From the IMG/VR virus record IMGVR_UViG_3300035703_000034, positions 32,001 to 96,000 of that record: 64,000 nucleotides of DNA. One strand, written 5' to 3'. A program made the translations under genes and the position numbers. Numbering within the stretch: the first letter of the stretch is position 1; each line of letters opens with the position of its first letter. This DNA is from a virus. The notes under the pieces were generated by a model. That model saw only the letters and a program-made list of their open reading frames with translations, was not told the DNA's origin and made no database searches. Below are positions 37,036 to 46,175 of this stretch, one piece after another.

Positions 37036-39551
37036 GGGGTGGTGTTCCCCGTGAGCAGCGTGAAGAGCTCACCGGACTCCGGGTTCTCCGCCGTCAAGAT
37101 GAGCATGTGCACGATCTGGTCGAGCGGATCGGCGAGCTCCGCGCCGTCCGGGTCAGGTGTCGCCGCGAGCAAGTTCTCGGTGCGGGTGTACAGCTGCGCC
37201 TTTTCGCGCGCCTCCGCCGCGGCGAGCCAGAAAGACTCGTAGAGCTCCGGACTCGAGTCCGCGAACTGCTGCGCCGCGGCGGTGAACGTGGCTTCAAGCT
37301 CGTTCATGTACGCGATGTCGTCTTGCAGCCGCGCGGCCACGCGGGTGCGCAGCGACTCCCCCACTCTCAGCAGGCTGGCCTGGGCGTTGGGCGGGTAGCC
37401 CGCCAGGCGAAACGCCAGCTCGACCTCCTCGGGCGTCTCGGCCTTGGCAGGCAGCACCGAGAGGTGGCGGATGGCCCGGCGCAGCACGGTCTCGTCGTGC
37501 TGTGCGGTGCTGATGTCCAGCAAATAGCGCGCGATGTCCTGGGAGAGCGTTTCGTACCGTGTCTGCAGATCGCGCACCCGGGTCTCGGCCTGCCCCTTGA
37601 GCCGCTCCAGCTCGCTTCTTCGATCGGCCGTGAGGTCCGTTCGCTCCAGCTCGCGCGTGATCGACGTCAGCTCCTCCGTCACCGAGGTCAAGGAGGCATT
37701 GGTGGTCTCGCGGTCCTTCTCCTTGGTCTTCAGCGTCGACTCGGCCTGCTGCAGCGACGCCTGCAGCGTGGCGAGCTCGGTGTTCAGCTCGGTCCTGAGT
37801 GTCGTCGCCCGGCTGCGCGTCAGCGTGTCGAGCGCGCCGCCCAGGCGCCGCTGCAGCAGGTCGATCGCGTCGGGGAGCGCCGGGTCGGGCTCGTTGTTCT
37901 CACCGGGCACGCCCGCGCCGAAGAACTGCGCCGTCGCCGGGCCGAAGCCTGCCGCGGACCCGCCGTAGCGGTACATCACCAGCGTGCCGATTGCGAGCGC
38001 GTCGAGGAGCTGGTTGATGAGCCCCGAGATGAGCGCGACGAACCGCACGATGAAGGCGCCGATGCGCTCCAGCTTGGCGATCGTGGACGTGAACTTGAGC
38101 AGGATGCGTTCGATCGCCTCGCGCAGCGTGACCAGGACGTCGAGCATCGCGCCGAGGAAATCGAGCAGGATCTCGAAAAAATCGACCGCATCATCCAGCA
38201 GGTCGGAGACGATCAGCAGCGGCTCGAACGAGGCCGCCACGCTGACGCGCCCCTGATAGGTCAGCCCGATCACGGTCGAGCCCGGCCCCTGCGGCACAGG
38301 CGGCGCGTCCGTGGTGGGCATCTCGCTCAGGTGGTCCAAGACCCGCTCCCAGAACGCCGCCACCTGCTCATGGCGCAGCGCTGTCGCCGTGTCGGGCGGT
38401 GTTTGGGCCTCAGCGGCCTGCTTGGCGGCGCGGGCCGCCGCGATGTCCGCTTGCAGCACGCCATACAGCATGAGCTTGCGCCGCGGCGTCAGCGGCGCAG
38501 GGCCCACGCGATCCAGCAGGGCCTGCTGCTCCTCCGATAGCCGCTCGTCTCGCAGGATGGCGCGGGTGCGCACCACGATCTCCCACGCCTCCTGCGCCTC
38601 GTCGATACGCGTTTGGATGGCGGCCTTCTGGTCGTCCGGCGCGTTCAGCAGCTCCTGCTTGGCGGTGTCGCGCTCGAGGGCGAACACCGCGAGGTCCTCG
38701 GCCAGCACCGTGTCGATGAAGGCCTGGCGCTCGCTGTCGTAAAAGGCGTTCGGCTTGCGCGGACCGGGGTGGTCGGGCGGGGTCGCAGGCAAGCTGGCGA
38801 GCCAGGTGGTGACCCGCTCCTGCGCGGCCGCCTCCACGCGACGCTTGCGCGCCTCTTTTTCGCGCGCGAGGCCACGCTGCCGGATGCGCTCGAGCTTTTC
38901 CTTGACCCGCTTCGCCCGGGCCTCGTTGCGCTCGCGCAGGCGGTCCGCCGACGCGGCCTGCGCGTCCAGGTACGCCTTGTCCTCCGCCTCGTCCGCCTGA
39001 CGGTTCGCCTCTGCGATCAGGCGCTCGTTCTGGGCGTAGTCGCGGAACGGGCCGGCCTCGCTCAGGGTCGGCAGCAAGAACCGCCGCAGCCGGCCAATGG
39101 TGTCGCTGAGCGTGGCCGCGAAGACCAGCGCGTTGACGGTCGCCTGCGGGGCCTGCGCCGGGTTGCCCGGGTACTCGGGCGGACCGGCCTTGAACATCCC
39201 GTCGAAGCTCGGCCCGAGGTCGCGCACCTTGCCGCTGTAGGTGTACCAGGCAAGCGACCCCTCCAGCACCCCCTTCAGCACCTTCGACAGGGCCTTGAAG
39301 ACGTTCAGCTTCTCCGCGATCAGGGCCAGGGCGCTGCCCACGCGCTGCAGAAACATCAAGATGATCCCGAGCGTCATGTCCATCAGGAACTTGGCGGCCC
39401 GCACGGCGATCATGAGCACGTCGACCACGATCTGCACGCCCTGCAGCACGGTCTGGATCGGCAAGAAGGTGTCGACCCACTCCCGCAACGCCGGGAACAG
39501 GTTCTCGAGCTTGCCGCGGACGAGCTCGACCCAGGTGCCGCTGCCTGACAT
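37032..39551 (-). CDS. Long coiled-coil tail-associated protein
   Basis: Start MSGSGTW at 39551; amphipathic and coiled-coil helices; located in the baseplate operon. Confidence 0.5.
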   Translation of the reverse strand: MSGSGTWVELVRGKLENLFPALREWVDTFLPIQTVLQGVQIVVDVLMIAVRAAKFLMDMTLGIILMFLQRVGSALALIAEKLNVFKALSKVLKGVLEGSLAWYTYSGKVRDLGPSFDGMFKAGPPEYPGNPAQAPQATVNALVFAATLSDTIGRLRRFLLPTLSEAGPFRDYAQNERLIAEANRQADEAEDKAYLDAQAASADRLRERNEARAKRVKEKLERIRQRGLAREKEARKRRVEAAAQERVTTWLASLPATPPDHPGPRKPNAFYDSERQAFIDTVLAEDLAVFALERDTAKQELLNAPDDQKAAIQTRIDEAQEAWEIVVRTRAILRDERLSEEQQALLDRVGPAPLTPRRKLMLYGVLQADIAAARAAKQAAEAQTPPDTATALRHEQVAAFWERVLDHLSEMPTTDAPPVPQGPGSTVIGLTYQGRVSVAASFEPLLIVSDLLDDAVDFFEILLDFLGAMLDVLVTLREAIERILLKFTSTIAKLERIGAFIVRFVALISGLINQLLDALAIGTLVMYRYGGSAAGFGPATAQFFGAGVPGENNEPDPALPDAIDLLQRRLGGALDTLTRSRATTLRTELNTELATLQASLQQAESTLKTKEKDRETTNASLTSVTEELTSITRELERTDLTADRRSELERLKGQAETRVRDLQTRYETLSQDIARYLLDISTAQHDETVLRRAIRHLSVLPAKAETPEEVELAFRLAGYPPNAQASLLRVGESLRTRVAARLQDDIAYMNELEATFTAAAQQFADSSPELYESFWLAAAEAREKAQLYTRTENLLAATPDPDGAELADPLDQIVHMLILTAENPESGELFTLLTGNTTP

Positions 39552-39553
39552 GC

Positions 39554-40060
39554 TCAGGCCCCCGCGAAGGCCGGCGGGCCCGTCTCGGTCGCGGCCGTTG
39601 CGACGCTGTGCGTGTGCGTGCCGAGCTTCTCGACCAGCGGCGCGAGCTCGGCCATGCGCGTCTCGAGCGCCGTCAGGCGCGTGTCGACGCCCGGCGCGAG
39701 GGCGCTGAGCGTGGTCGACAGCCAGGTGGTGAAGGTCTCGACGACGTCGACCTGCGCCATCTCCACGGTGCGGCTCGCCCCCTCCGCCGCCCCCTTGGCG
39801 GCCAGGGCGGCCAGGCCTTCCCACAGGGCCTTGGGGTAGACCACGTCGAGCGCGTCGTTGAGCGCGAAGGTGCCCGTGACCGTGACGGTCTGCCCGGCCA
39901 GGCTCGCGCCCGCGTGCACCTTGCCATTGTGCAAGACGAGCAGCTGGGACGCCTGCTCGGGCACGTACGGCAGCTCGACCGTGAGGCCCCCGGTCTGGCT
40001 CGCGCCGACGCGGGTGCGTGCGATCATCAGCTGGCTCTTGACCTGGTCGACGAGTCCCAT
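39554..40060 (-). CDS. Spike-associated protein with C-terminal HxH
   Basis: Ends ...GTHTHSVA...TGPP. Confidence 0.5.
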   Translation of the reverse strand: MGLVDQVKSQLMIARTRVGASQTGGLTVELPYVPEQASQLLVLHNGKVHAGASLAGQTVTVTGTFALNDALDVVYPKALWEGLAALAAKGAAEGASRTVEMAQVDVVETFTTWLSTTLSALAPGVDTRLTALETRMAELAPLVEKLGTHTHSVATAATETGPPAFAGA

Positions 40061-40069
40061 GGGCCTTCC

Positions 40070-40435
40070 TTAGATGACCGGCGGCGTGGTGGGGGAGCCC
40101 CAGTTGCCGTTCAAGTGGGTGTGGGCGGTGAACAAGGTGTCGAGCTGCGTCAGCGGCAGCGTGAGCACCGCCGACACGTAGCCCTCGATGATCATCGCGA
40201 GGTCGTTGGCGAGCTCCACGGGGGAGCCGTCCGGCCGGGTCGCCACGGCCTGGGCCAAAAGCTCGCGCAGCGCCACCCCCGGTGTGGCCGTCGCGGCCGC
40301 GAAGGCGGCCGTGATGGCCGCTTGCTTGACTGGATAGGCCGCAATCGCAGTCGGGGAGGCACGCCCCGGAACCATCAGGGGCGAGACGGGCGTGAGGGTC
40401 ACACCCTTCATCGTCGCCAACGTGGTCATCGGCAT
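40070..40435 (-). CDS. Spike-associated small protein with C-terminal HxH
   Basis: Ends ...AHTHLNG..GSPTTPP. Confidence 0.5.
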   Translation of the reverse strand: MPMTTLATMKGVTLTPVSPLMVPGRASPTAIAAYPVKQAAITAAFAAATATPGVALRELLAQAVATRPDGSPVELANDLAMIIEGYVSAVLTLPLTQLDTLFTAHTHLNGNWGSPTTPPVI

Positions 40436-40448
40436 CGCAACAACCTCC

Positions 40449-41657
40449 TCAAGCCGTCGGGTTGTAGTGCTCGGACACCGTCACGTTGTCCGACAGGAAG
40501 TCCGGCACGTCCTCGAGCTTCAACAGCCCGCCGGGCATCCCCGTCAGGCCGAGCGACGCGGCGCCCGGCAGCGTGGGCATGCCGCCCATCGGCGTCGCCA
40601 GCATCAGCTCGTAGTTGATGTACTGGACGATGCGCTCGATGTACTTCGTGAGCTTGTGGCCCAGCACGGCGGGCTCGTTGGTGGTGTTGTCGGCGCCCAG
40701 GTTCAGGCTCGGGCTCTTGATGGTCTTCTCGATCTTCACGTGCTCCAGCGCCGTGCCGTCCACCTCGATGTCCTGGTCGCCGCCCACCACGAGCTTCTGG
40801 TTGCGGGCCACGCTGAGGCCCTGGTGGCCGTCAATCTGCACGACCTCGTCGTTTGCCAGGCTCGCGAAGCGGTTGCCCTTGCGGTCGATGCGCACGCTCA
40901 TGGCTGGCGTCAGGCCGTCCGTCGTGCGCAGCTCGGCGCGCAAGAAGTCCGGCCCGTCGGCGTCCCCGATCGTCAGCTCGTACGCGAAGCGATCCTTGTA
41001 GGTGTCCGCCGCGCGGTCGTTCGCCCGCAGCGTGAGCTTCGTTTTGCCCGCGTCGTTGATGATCTGAATATGACCCCAGTCGGTGAAGAGATCCACGTTG
41101 CGCGACACCAGCCGCGCGAGGTCGTCGACCTGGTTGAGCACCAGCTGGCAGAGATCGCCGGCCTTGAGCCCGGCCACGCCGCCCCGCAGCGCGTAGACGC
41201 TCGCGCCCTCCGAGGTGCGCACGCCCCAGTCGCCCGCCAGCAGGTCGTGCGGCCGGTGCGAGCGGCGATCCTCCCCCTGCGCGTGCTCGACCTTGCGGTA
41301 GGGCGTGTAGGCGCCCGTGAGCGACAGCCAGGTGTTGACGGTCTGCACGTAGTCGTCGGTCTCGGGCGCGCGCCCCTCGCTGAAGTAGCGCGGCGACGGG
41401 AAGCAGTGGTGCAGCGCGTCGAACCCCAGCTCGTTGGTCAAGATGCCGCGCCAGCCCGGCATCGGCGTGCTGAAGTCACCCTCGCCGTCCGGGCCGCTGT
41501 CGCGGAGGATCGGGACGGTCTGCACCCGGTGGTGGGTGTCGAGCACCGTGGCGGTGTGCCGGACGGGGTCGACGGTCAGGATGGTCACGTAGTGACGGGC
41601 GTTCGCATCGCGCTGGTGTAGCGCGTACGGGTTTTTTATCGGCTTCGGTTTGTCCAT
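40449..41657 (-). CDS. Baseplate central spike (gp5/gpV-like)
   Basis: N-terminal OB-like ILTVDP, beta-helix repeats (IDGHQGLSVARNQKLVVGGDQDIEVDG), EPAVLG. Confidence 0.65.
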   Translation of the reverse strand: MDKPKPIKNPYALHQRDANARHYVTILTVDPVRHTATVLDTHHRVQTVPILRDSGPDGEGDFSTPMPGWRGILTNELGFDALHHCFPSPRYFSEGRAPETDDYVQTVNTWLSLTGAYTPYRKVEHAQGEDRRSHRPHDLLAGDWGVRTSEGASVYALRGGVAGLKAGDLCQLVLNQVDDLARLVSRNVDLFTDWGHIQIINDAGKTKLTLRANDRAADTYKDRFAYELTIGDADGPDFLRAELRTTDGLTPAMSVRIDRKGNRFASLANDEVVQIDGHQGLSVARNQKLVVGGDQDIEVDGTALEHVKIEKTIKSPSLNLGADNTTNEPAVLGHKLTKYIERIVQYINYELMLATPMGGMPTLPGAASLGLTGMPGGLLKLEDVPDFLSDNVTVSEHYNPTA

Positions 41658-41674
41658 CAGGAGGTCAGATCCCC

Positions 41675-42016
41675 ATGGCCAACAAAGACACGCGAGACAC
41701 GGTCAGACAATTCCTCGCGGCCCGCAAGCTCTACCGGAAGCAGCTGGAGCAGAAGCTGTTCCCGGCATACACCAGTGTGGTAACACCCGCGCTCCATAAT
41801 ACTACCAAACTGGTAAGCGCGGCAAAGAAAACCAGCGACCCGATGCTTCAGGCCATCGAGCAGCAGGCCATGGACCTGATGCTGGCCTCCCAGCGGGCCG
41901 TCGACCTGCGCAAGAAGACCTTCAGGAACTACGTGAACGAGTCACGCGCCGGCAGGATCCACTATGATTTCTACGAGGACGCGCGGCAGCAGCGCTACGA
42001 GAGGGGGGTGCTCTGA
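41675..42016 (+). CDS. Hypothetical protein
   Basis: AGGAGG SD; coupled to the gp25-like gene. Confidence 0.55.
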   Translation: MANKDTRDTVRQFLAARKLYRKQLEQKLFPAYTSVVTPALHNTTKLVSAAKKTSDPMLQAIEQQAMDLMLASQRAVDLRKKTFRNYVNESRAGRIHYDFYEDARQQRYERGVL

Positions 42017-42468
42017 TGGCGACCTTCGGGTTCTCCGCGGGGGCGTTCAAGACCCTGGAGCCCGGCACGTACCAGATCGACCTGGCGCGCGGCTTTGCCG
42101 AGGCGCGCTTCGCGTCGGACATGGAGAAGCTGGCCTTCGAGGTGTGCTACGGCCTGATGACGACGCGGGGCAGCATCCCGTTCGACCCCACGTTCGGGAG
42201 CCTGCTGCCGGTCGCCATCGGGCAGTACGCGAGCAACGAGGTCGCGGAGCTGCAGGCGTTCGTCGCCGGTGAGATTGCCCACGTCGAGGCGATGATTAAG
42301 GAGAGGCAGGCGTCTGCCGTGCTGCCGGCCGCCCAGCGGCTGGAGGCGCTGGACGCGGTCGAGGTGCGGGTCCGGCCGGCGGAGCAGCAAGTCGACGTCC
42401 TGCTCACCATCACCAACGGGCTGGGCGAGTCGGTGGGGTTCTCGGTGTCTCAAGCGGTGGACAGCTAG
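42016..42468 (+). CDS. Baseplate wedge gp25/GpW-like protein
   Basis: LMTTRGSIPFDPTFGSLL motif. Confidence 0.8.
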   Translation: MATFGFSAGAFKTLEPGTYQIDLARGFAEARFASDMEKLAFEVCYGLMTTRGSIPFDPTFGSLLPVAIGQYASNEVAELQAFVAGEIAHVEAMIKERQASAVLPAAQRLEALDAVEVRVRPAEQQVDVLLTITNGLGESVGFSVSQAVDS

Positions 42469-42471
42469 GTC

Positions 42472-43944
42472 ATGGCGGTCACGGAAACGATTCTTCAGCA
42501 GGCGGAGACCTTCATCGTCACCGCCATCACCGAGGCCTTCGCGGCCGAGGGCGACAGCATTGACCTGCGGCCGGGCACGCCGCAGTACGACCTGTTTGTG
42601 CGCGGCTTCCTCGCCGTGGTCGCGCAGATCGTCGACCAGCTGCAGCAGGCCCAGCGCAAGGTGACGGCGCTGTCGGCCACGGAGCTGACGGACGCGGAGC
42701 TCGCGGCGCTCGGGGCGCGCTTCGGCGTGAGCCGGCGCGTGGGCGCGACCGCCCAGGGCACGGTGCGCGTGAAGTTCCGCGAGCGGGTGGCCGTCACGCT
42801 GACGACGAGCGACGCCTTTCTGGCCGGGGACCAGACCTACTACCCGACCGAGGACGTCGCGCTGCTGGCCGACGAGCTGACGCAAGAACCTGTCTTGAAC
42901 TACTGGTACGTCAACGTGCCGCTGATGGCGGCCACCAACGGGACGGCCAGCAACACGGGGGCCGGCACGGCCTTCACGTGCGCCAAGCTCGCGGGCGACC
43001 CCGCGCTCATCGAGGCGGTGGCGATCACGCCGCTGTCGGGCGGCCTGGACCAGGAGGACGCGACGGCCTACTTCGACCGGTTGCAGGCCGCCCCCTTGAT
43101 CCGAAACCTGGTGAGCCGCAAGTCGATCGACGCGGTGCTGATGGGCGAGTTCGCGGGCGTCATCGAGCGGCTGCTGGTGGTGGGCTACCAGGAGCCCGAG
43201 ATGCAGCGCGATCGCCTCGAGGTCGTCGACCCCGTGCTCGGCCCGATGACCATGCACGTGGGCGGGCACACGGACATCTACGTCAAGACGCCCATCCGGC
43301 GCGAGACGGTGGAGTTCACGGTCTCGCCCGGCAACTACGTGATCGACCTCACGGACTACCGCGCGGTGCTGAAGGTCCACAACGTGACCCTCAAGGGGAA
43401 CGGCGACGTCAGCCCGTACTTCGAGCTGCGCGTGGCCGACCCGGCGCTGCGCTACTCGGCACTCGACACCGTGCAGCTGTTCGTCGACCCCGGCCTCTCC
43501 GAGGAGACCATCCAGGTCGACCTCTCGTACGCGCCGGACGTCGTGAGCATCCATGCGTACGTCAACGGCGACGAGCAGCGCATCACGAACGCCAACACGC
43601 TCGTGCGCCACTTCGTGCCCGTCTGGCTCGGGGCCGTCATCTACGTGGCGGGCGACGACGCCGCGATCGCGCAGGCGAACGGCAACATCGCGGCCTACCT
43701 GGACGGCCTCGCCAACGGCGCGCCCGTCGTCGTCAGCAAGCTGACGGAGGCCATCTACCAGGGCGGGGCGCTGAACGTGCTGCAGGACTACGACCTCATC
43801 GCCCAGATCATCTACAACGACGGCACGTTGCTCGAGCGCACGGCGGACGAGGTGCTGACGATTGCGGACGACCTGCCCAAGGGCTTCTCGCAGCGGGTGG
43901 CGACCTACCTGAACGAGGGCGTGACCCTCGTGCAGCTGGGGTAG
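42472..43944 (+). CDS. Baseplate J-like protein
   Basis: R..GATAQGTV, GTASN, GGLDQED..YFDR motifs; follows the gp25-like gene. Confidence 0.8.
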   Translation: MAVTETILQQAETFIVTAITEAFAAEGDSIDLRPGTPQYDLFVRGFLAVVAQIVDQLQQAQRKVTALSATELTDAELAALGARFGVSRRVGATAQGTVRVKFRERVAVTLTTSDAFLAGDQTYYPTEDVALLADELTQEPVLNYWYVNVPLMAATNGTASNTGAGTAFTCAKLAGDPALIEAVAITPLSGGLDQEDATAYFDRLQAAPLIRNLVSRKSIDAVLMGEFAGVIERLLVVGYQEPEMQRDRLEVVDPVLGPMTMHVGGHTDIYVKTPIRRETVEFTVSPGNYVIDLTDYRAVLKVHNVTLKGNGDVSPYFELRVADPALRYSALDTVQLFVDPGLSEETIQVDLSYAPDVVSIHAYVNGDEQRITNANTLVRHFVPVWLGAVIYVAGDDAAIAQANGNIAAYLDGLANGAPVVVSKLTEAIYQGGALNVLQDYDLIAQIIYNDGTLLERTADEVLTIADDLPKGFSQRVATYLNEGVTLVQLG

Positions 43945-43948
43945 GCCC

Positions 43949-44329
43949 ATGCGCGACTACCTGGCCGTCCAGCACGCGCGCGAGAAAGACGGCGCCCCGC
44001 CCGGCGAGTACCTCGCCACCTACGAGCGGATGGGGCGCGCCAAAGGCGATCGCCTGCAGCGGACCCTCGTGCTGACGGACGTGACCACGCCCGCGGGCGA
44101 CCCGGTGACGGACCACGTCTGGCTCATCCACACGAAGGAGTGGCAGGGTGTGGCGCCGGGGTCGCGGGTGCGCTTCACGGCCCCCGCCCATGCCTACTTC
44201 AAGGACCGTGGCCGGGGGCTGATGGGCCGGGTGCCCAACCGGGAGATGGACTACGGCTTCTCCCGGCCCCTGGAAGTCAAGGCTGCCAGCGCGTATCAGG
44301 CCTATCTGGCCTGGGTCGGAGGCTACTAA
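43949..44329 (+). CDS. Hypothetical protein
   Basis: 126-aa ORF with good codon bias. Confidence 0.6.
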   Translation: MRDYLAVQHAREKDGAPPGEYLATYERMGRAKGDRLQRTLVLTDVTTPAGDPVTDHVWLIHTKEWQGVAPGSRVRFTAPAHAYFKDRGRGLMGRVPNREMDYGFSRPLEVKAASAYQAYLAWVGGY

Positions 44330-44330
44330 A

Positions 44331-44750
44331 ATGAACCCCTATTTCGCCTATATATCTATGAAGGCCGCTTCTGACTTTTCAGACGCGCTGGACCTTTACG
44401 TGGTGGCCCACGACGCCCCGCTGAGCGAGCACATGCGCGCCCAGAACCGGGGCTACATCCCGCTGCACATGCTGAAGGACAAGGGGCGCGACAGTCACCT
44501 CGTCTACGTGCACCGGATGAGCTACAACCCGGCGATGCACCTGAAGTCGGCCGACCCAGCAAAGTTCCACGCCCTGGTGCGCACGCACCTGGGCGGCCCC
44601 CCGGTCGTCGTGCCCGCCGCCCCGGCGGCCCTCCCCCCACCCCCCGGGGTGGGGGTGGCCCCGGGTGGGCAGACCGCTGTGGCGGTCCCCCCGGTGCCCG
44701 TGAAGCCGGTGGTTCCGGTTGCACCCCCTCCCCCGGGGGTGGGGGGCTAA
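44331..44750 (+). CDS. Small protein with KxA leader and Pro-rich tail
   Basis: Begins MNPYFAYISMKAAS; GGAGG SD. Confidence 0.55.
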   Translation: MNPYFAYISMKAASDFSDALDLYVVAHDAPLSEHMRAQNRGYIPLHMLKDKGRDSHLVYVHRMSYNPAMHLKSADPAKFHALVRTHLGGPPVVVPAAPAALPPPPGVGVAPGGQTAVAVPPVPVKPVVPVAPPPPGVGG

Positions 44751-44780
44751 AAAAGACCCCCGAAACCCCTATATATACTT

Positions 44781-45342
44781 GACCCCCACATTAGCCCTTG
44801 AACAAAGGCTGGTGTGGGGTTCTTGGTTTGAGTCGGGCCTGCAGCCCGGCGTCCGTGGAAACGGAAGGCTCGCTGTGCGAGGCCGGCGAGGGTGCCATAC
44901 GGACGGCACCCGTTGACCCGGTCTTTCAGAGTTAAGGGGAACCTCGCCACTGTTTGGTCAGGCGAGGCTGCGAGAATGACCACCCCACCGTCCCGGCTTT
45001 GGGACGTTAAGCGGATACGCGACCGCGAAGGCCTGTCCCCTCGGGGGCAGAAGACTGGCATTCCCGAACCGGCCCCACGGATGGGTGGGCCGGCTGCCAG
45101 ACACATCTAGGGAGCTGCCGGGGTTTCCCGGCCCATGTCCCGCAAGCGACCACCTCTCCGTGGTGCGGGATAGTAACGTGCGGAGCGCTCCGCACGGCTG
45201 ACGGTCGCAAGCCCCTATCGCGTGGGCAGTACGCGAGAGGTCTGGTCACGTGGACAGGCATCACGTGACGAACCCGACGCAGGGGTTGCCTGCGCACGTT
45301 CCCCACCCGCCCCCGGTCCGCTCTTGCGGCCGGGGGCTTTTT
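44781..45342 (+). ncRNA. Putative large structured non-coding RNA (~560 nt)
   Basis: No convincing ORF; well over a dozen consecutive hairpins with G-U pairs on +, two candidate pseudoknots, TATACT upstream, terminator at the end. Confidence 0.6.
45309..45342 (+). terminator. Intrinsic terminator
   Basis: GCCCCCGG...CCGGGGGC followed by TTTTT. Confidence 0.7.
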
Positions 45343-45367
45343 GCGGTTCCGACCGCAGGAGGTTCAA

Positions 45368-45586
45368 ATGGACGGGCTTCAACTGCAAAAGGAACTGGAA
45401 GAGTTCGCCGAAGGACACGCCCAGCTCGAATTTGCAATTAACAAGATCAAGATCGGTTACAACGAGCAGCGCCTTCTGGCGCGACTCGACGCCGAGCAGG
45501 CGGCGACCGAGGCCGCCGGCGAGGCCGGGCGGCTGGAGTGCCGCTTGGCCGGCGGCCGCGTGGCCCCGGCCCCTCTGGCGGACTGA
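45368..45586 (+). CDS. Small coiled-coil hypothetical protein
   Basis: AGGAGG SD before ATG 45368. Confidence 0.55.
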   Translation: MDGLQLQKELEEFAEGHAQLEFAINKIKIGYNEQRLLARLDAEQAATEAAGEAGRLECRLAGGRVAPAPLAD

Positions 45587-45697
45587 AGTCCGCCAGAGGC
45601 CCGCTCCGCAGAAGGAAAACTGCGTAACAAACCCGCCCCAGCCGGGCGTGACCGGGGACCCGCAAGGGCGAGACCGGAGGCGCGTTGGTATCAAAAA

Positions 45698-45758
45698 CTG
45701 ACATCCAGGCTGCGTTAGCCTGCTGATGATGGCCCCGTCGCGGGGGCCGAAATGTCAG
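45698..45758 (+). ncRNA. Type III hammerhead ribozyme
   Basis: CUGACAUC / stem I CAGGC-GCCUG / CUGAUGA / stem II GGCCCC-GGGGCC / GAAA UGUCAG; full core and three stems; predicted cut after C45705. Confidence 0.9.
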
Positions 45759-45815
45759 AAGTCTCGTGCTGTTTCGACGGCACGCAGAGGGCTGAAGGCC
45801 CGGGGAGAAAAGACC

Positions 45816-46175
45816 GTGAAGACCACGAATCGAGCGGAAGACCTGTACCAGGCGGGACAGTATCTGGGAACGATCACTGTCGTCGAGGGCAAGGAGGTAA
45901 TCCTCCAGCCCTGGACCTACCGCCTCCGCTACGGCGGGGGCAAGCACGAGATCTCGTACGCCGTGAAGCGGGAGACAATTCCCGTCCTCCGGTGGGACGG
46001 CGACGTCATCGGGCGCAAGCCCACGGGCGTCGTGCAGGGGGTCTACCCCTTCGGGCCAGACTACGTCTCGGGCGGCCGGGCCCGTCTAGAGGAGCTCCTG
46101 GCGGCCCCCGAGACCCACGACCAGGAGTGCTACTGCCACTTGCACAAGGGCGCGGAGCGCTTGCTGAGGGTCTAG
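45816..46175 (+). CDS. Hypothetical early protein
   Basis: GGAG SD, GTG 45816. Confidence 0.6.
   Translation: MKTTNRAEDLYQAGQYLGTITVVEGKEVILQPWTYRLRYGGGKHEISYAVKRETIPVLRWDGDVIGRKPTGVVQGVYPFGPDYVSGGRARLEELLAAPETHDQECYCHLHKGAERLLRV

Noticed and set aside
37032-39551. Tape measure protein
   Set aside because: Coiled-coil but not next to the tube/chaperone genes and lacking typical repeats; left as tail-associated
21145-43944. Stand-alone contractile injection system (eCIS/T6SS/tailocin)
   Set aside because: Terminase, portal, protease and capsid genes are present, so this is a complete phage
44989-45240. Pistol or twister ribozyme
   Set aside because: Partial resemblance only (hairpin + UUAA + pseudoknot; GGUCGCAAGCC); the required conserved nucleotides and stems could not be completed
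44936-45308. tmRNA (GGGG start, ~370 nt, pseudoknots, CCCCACC end)
   Set aside because: No G3-U70 pair, no T-arm before the 3' strand, no CCA and no recognisable tag reading frame
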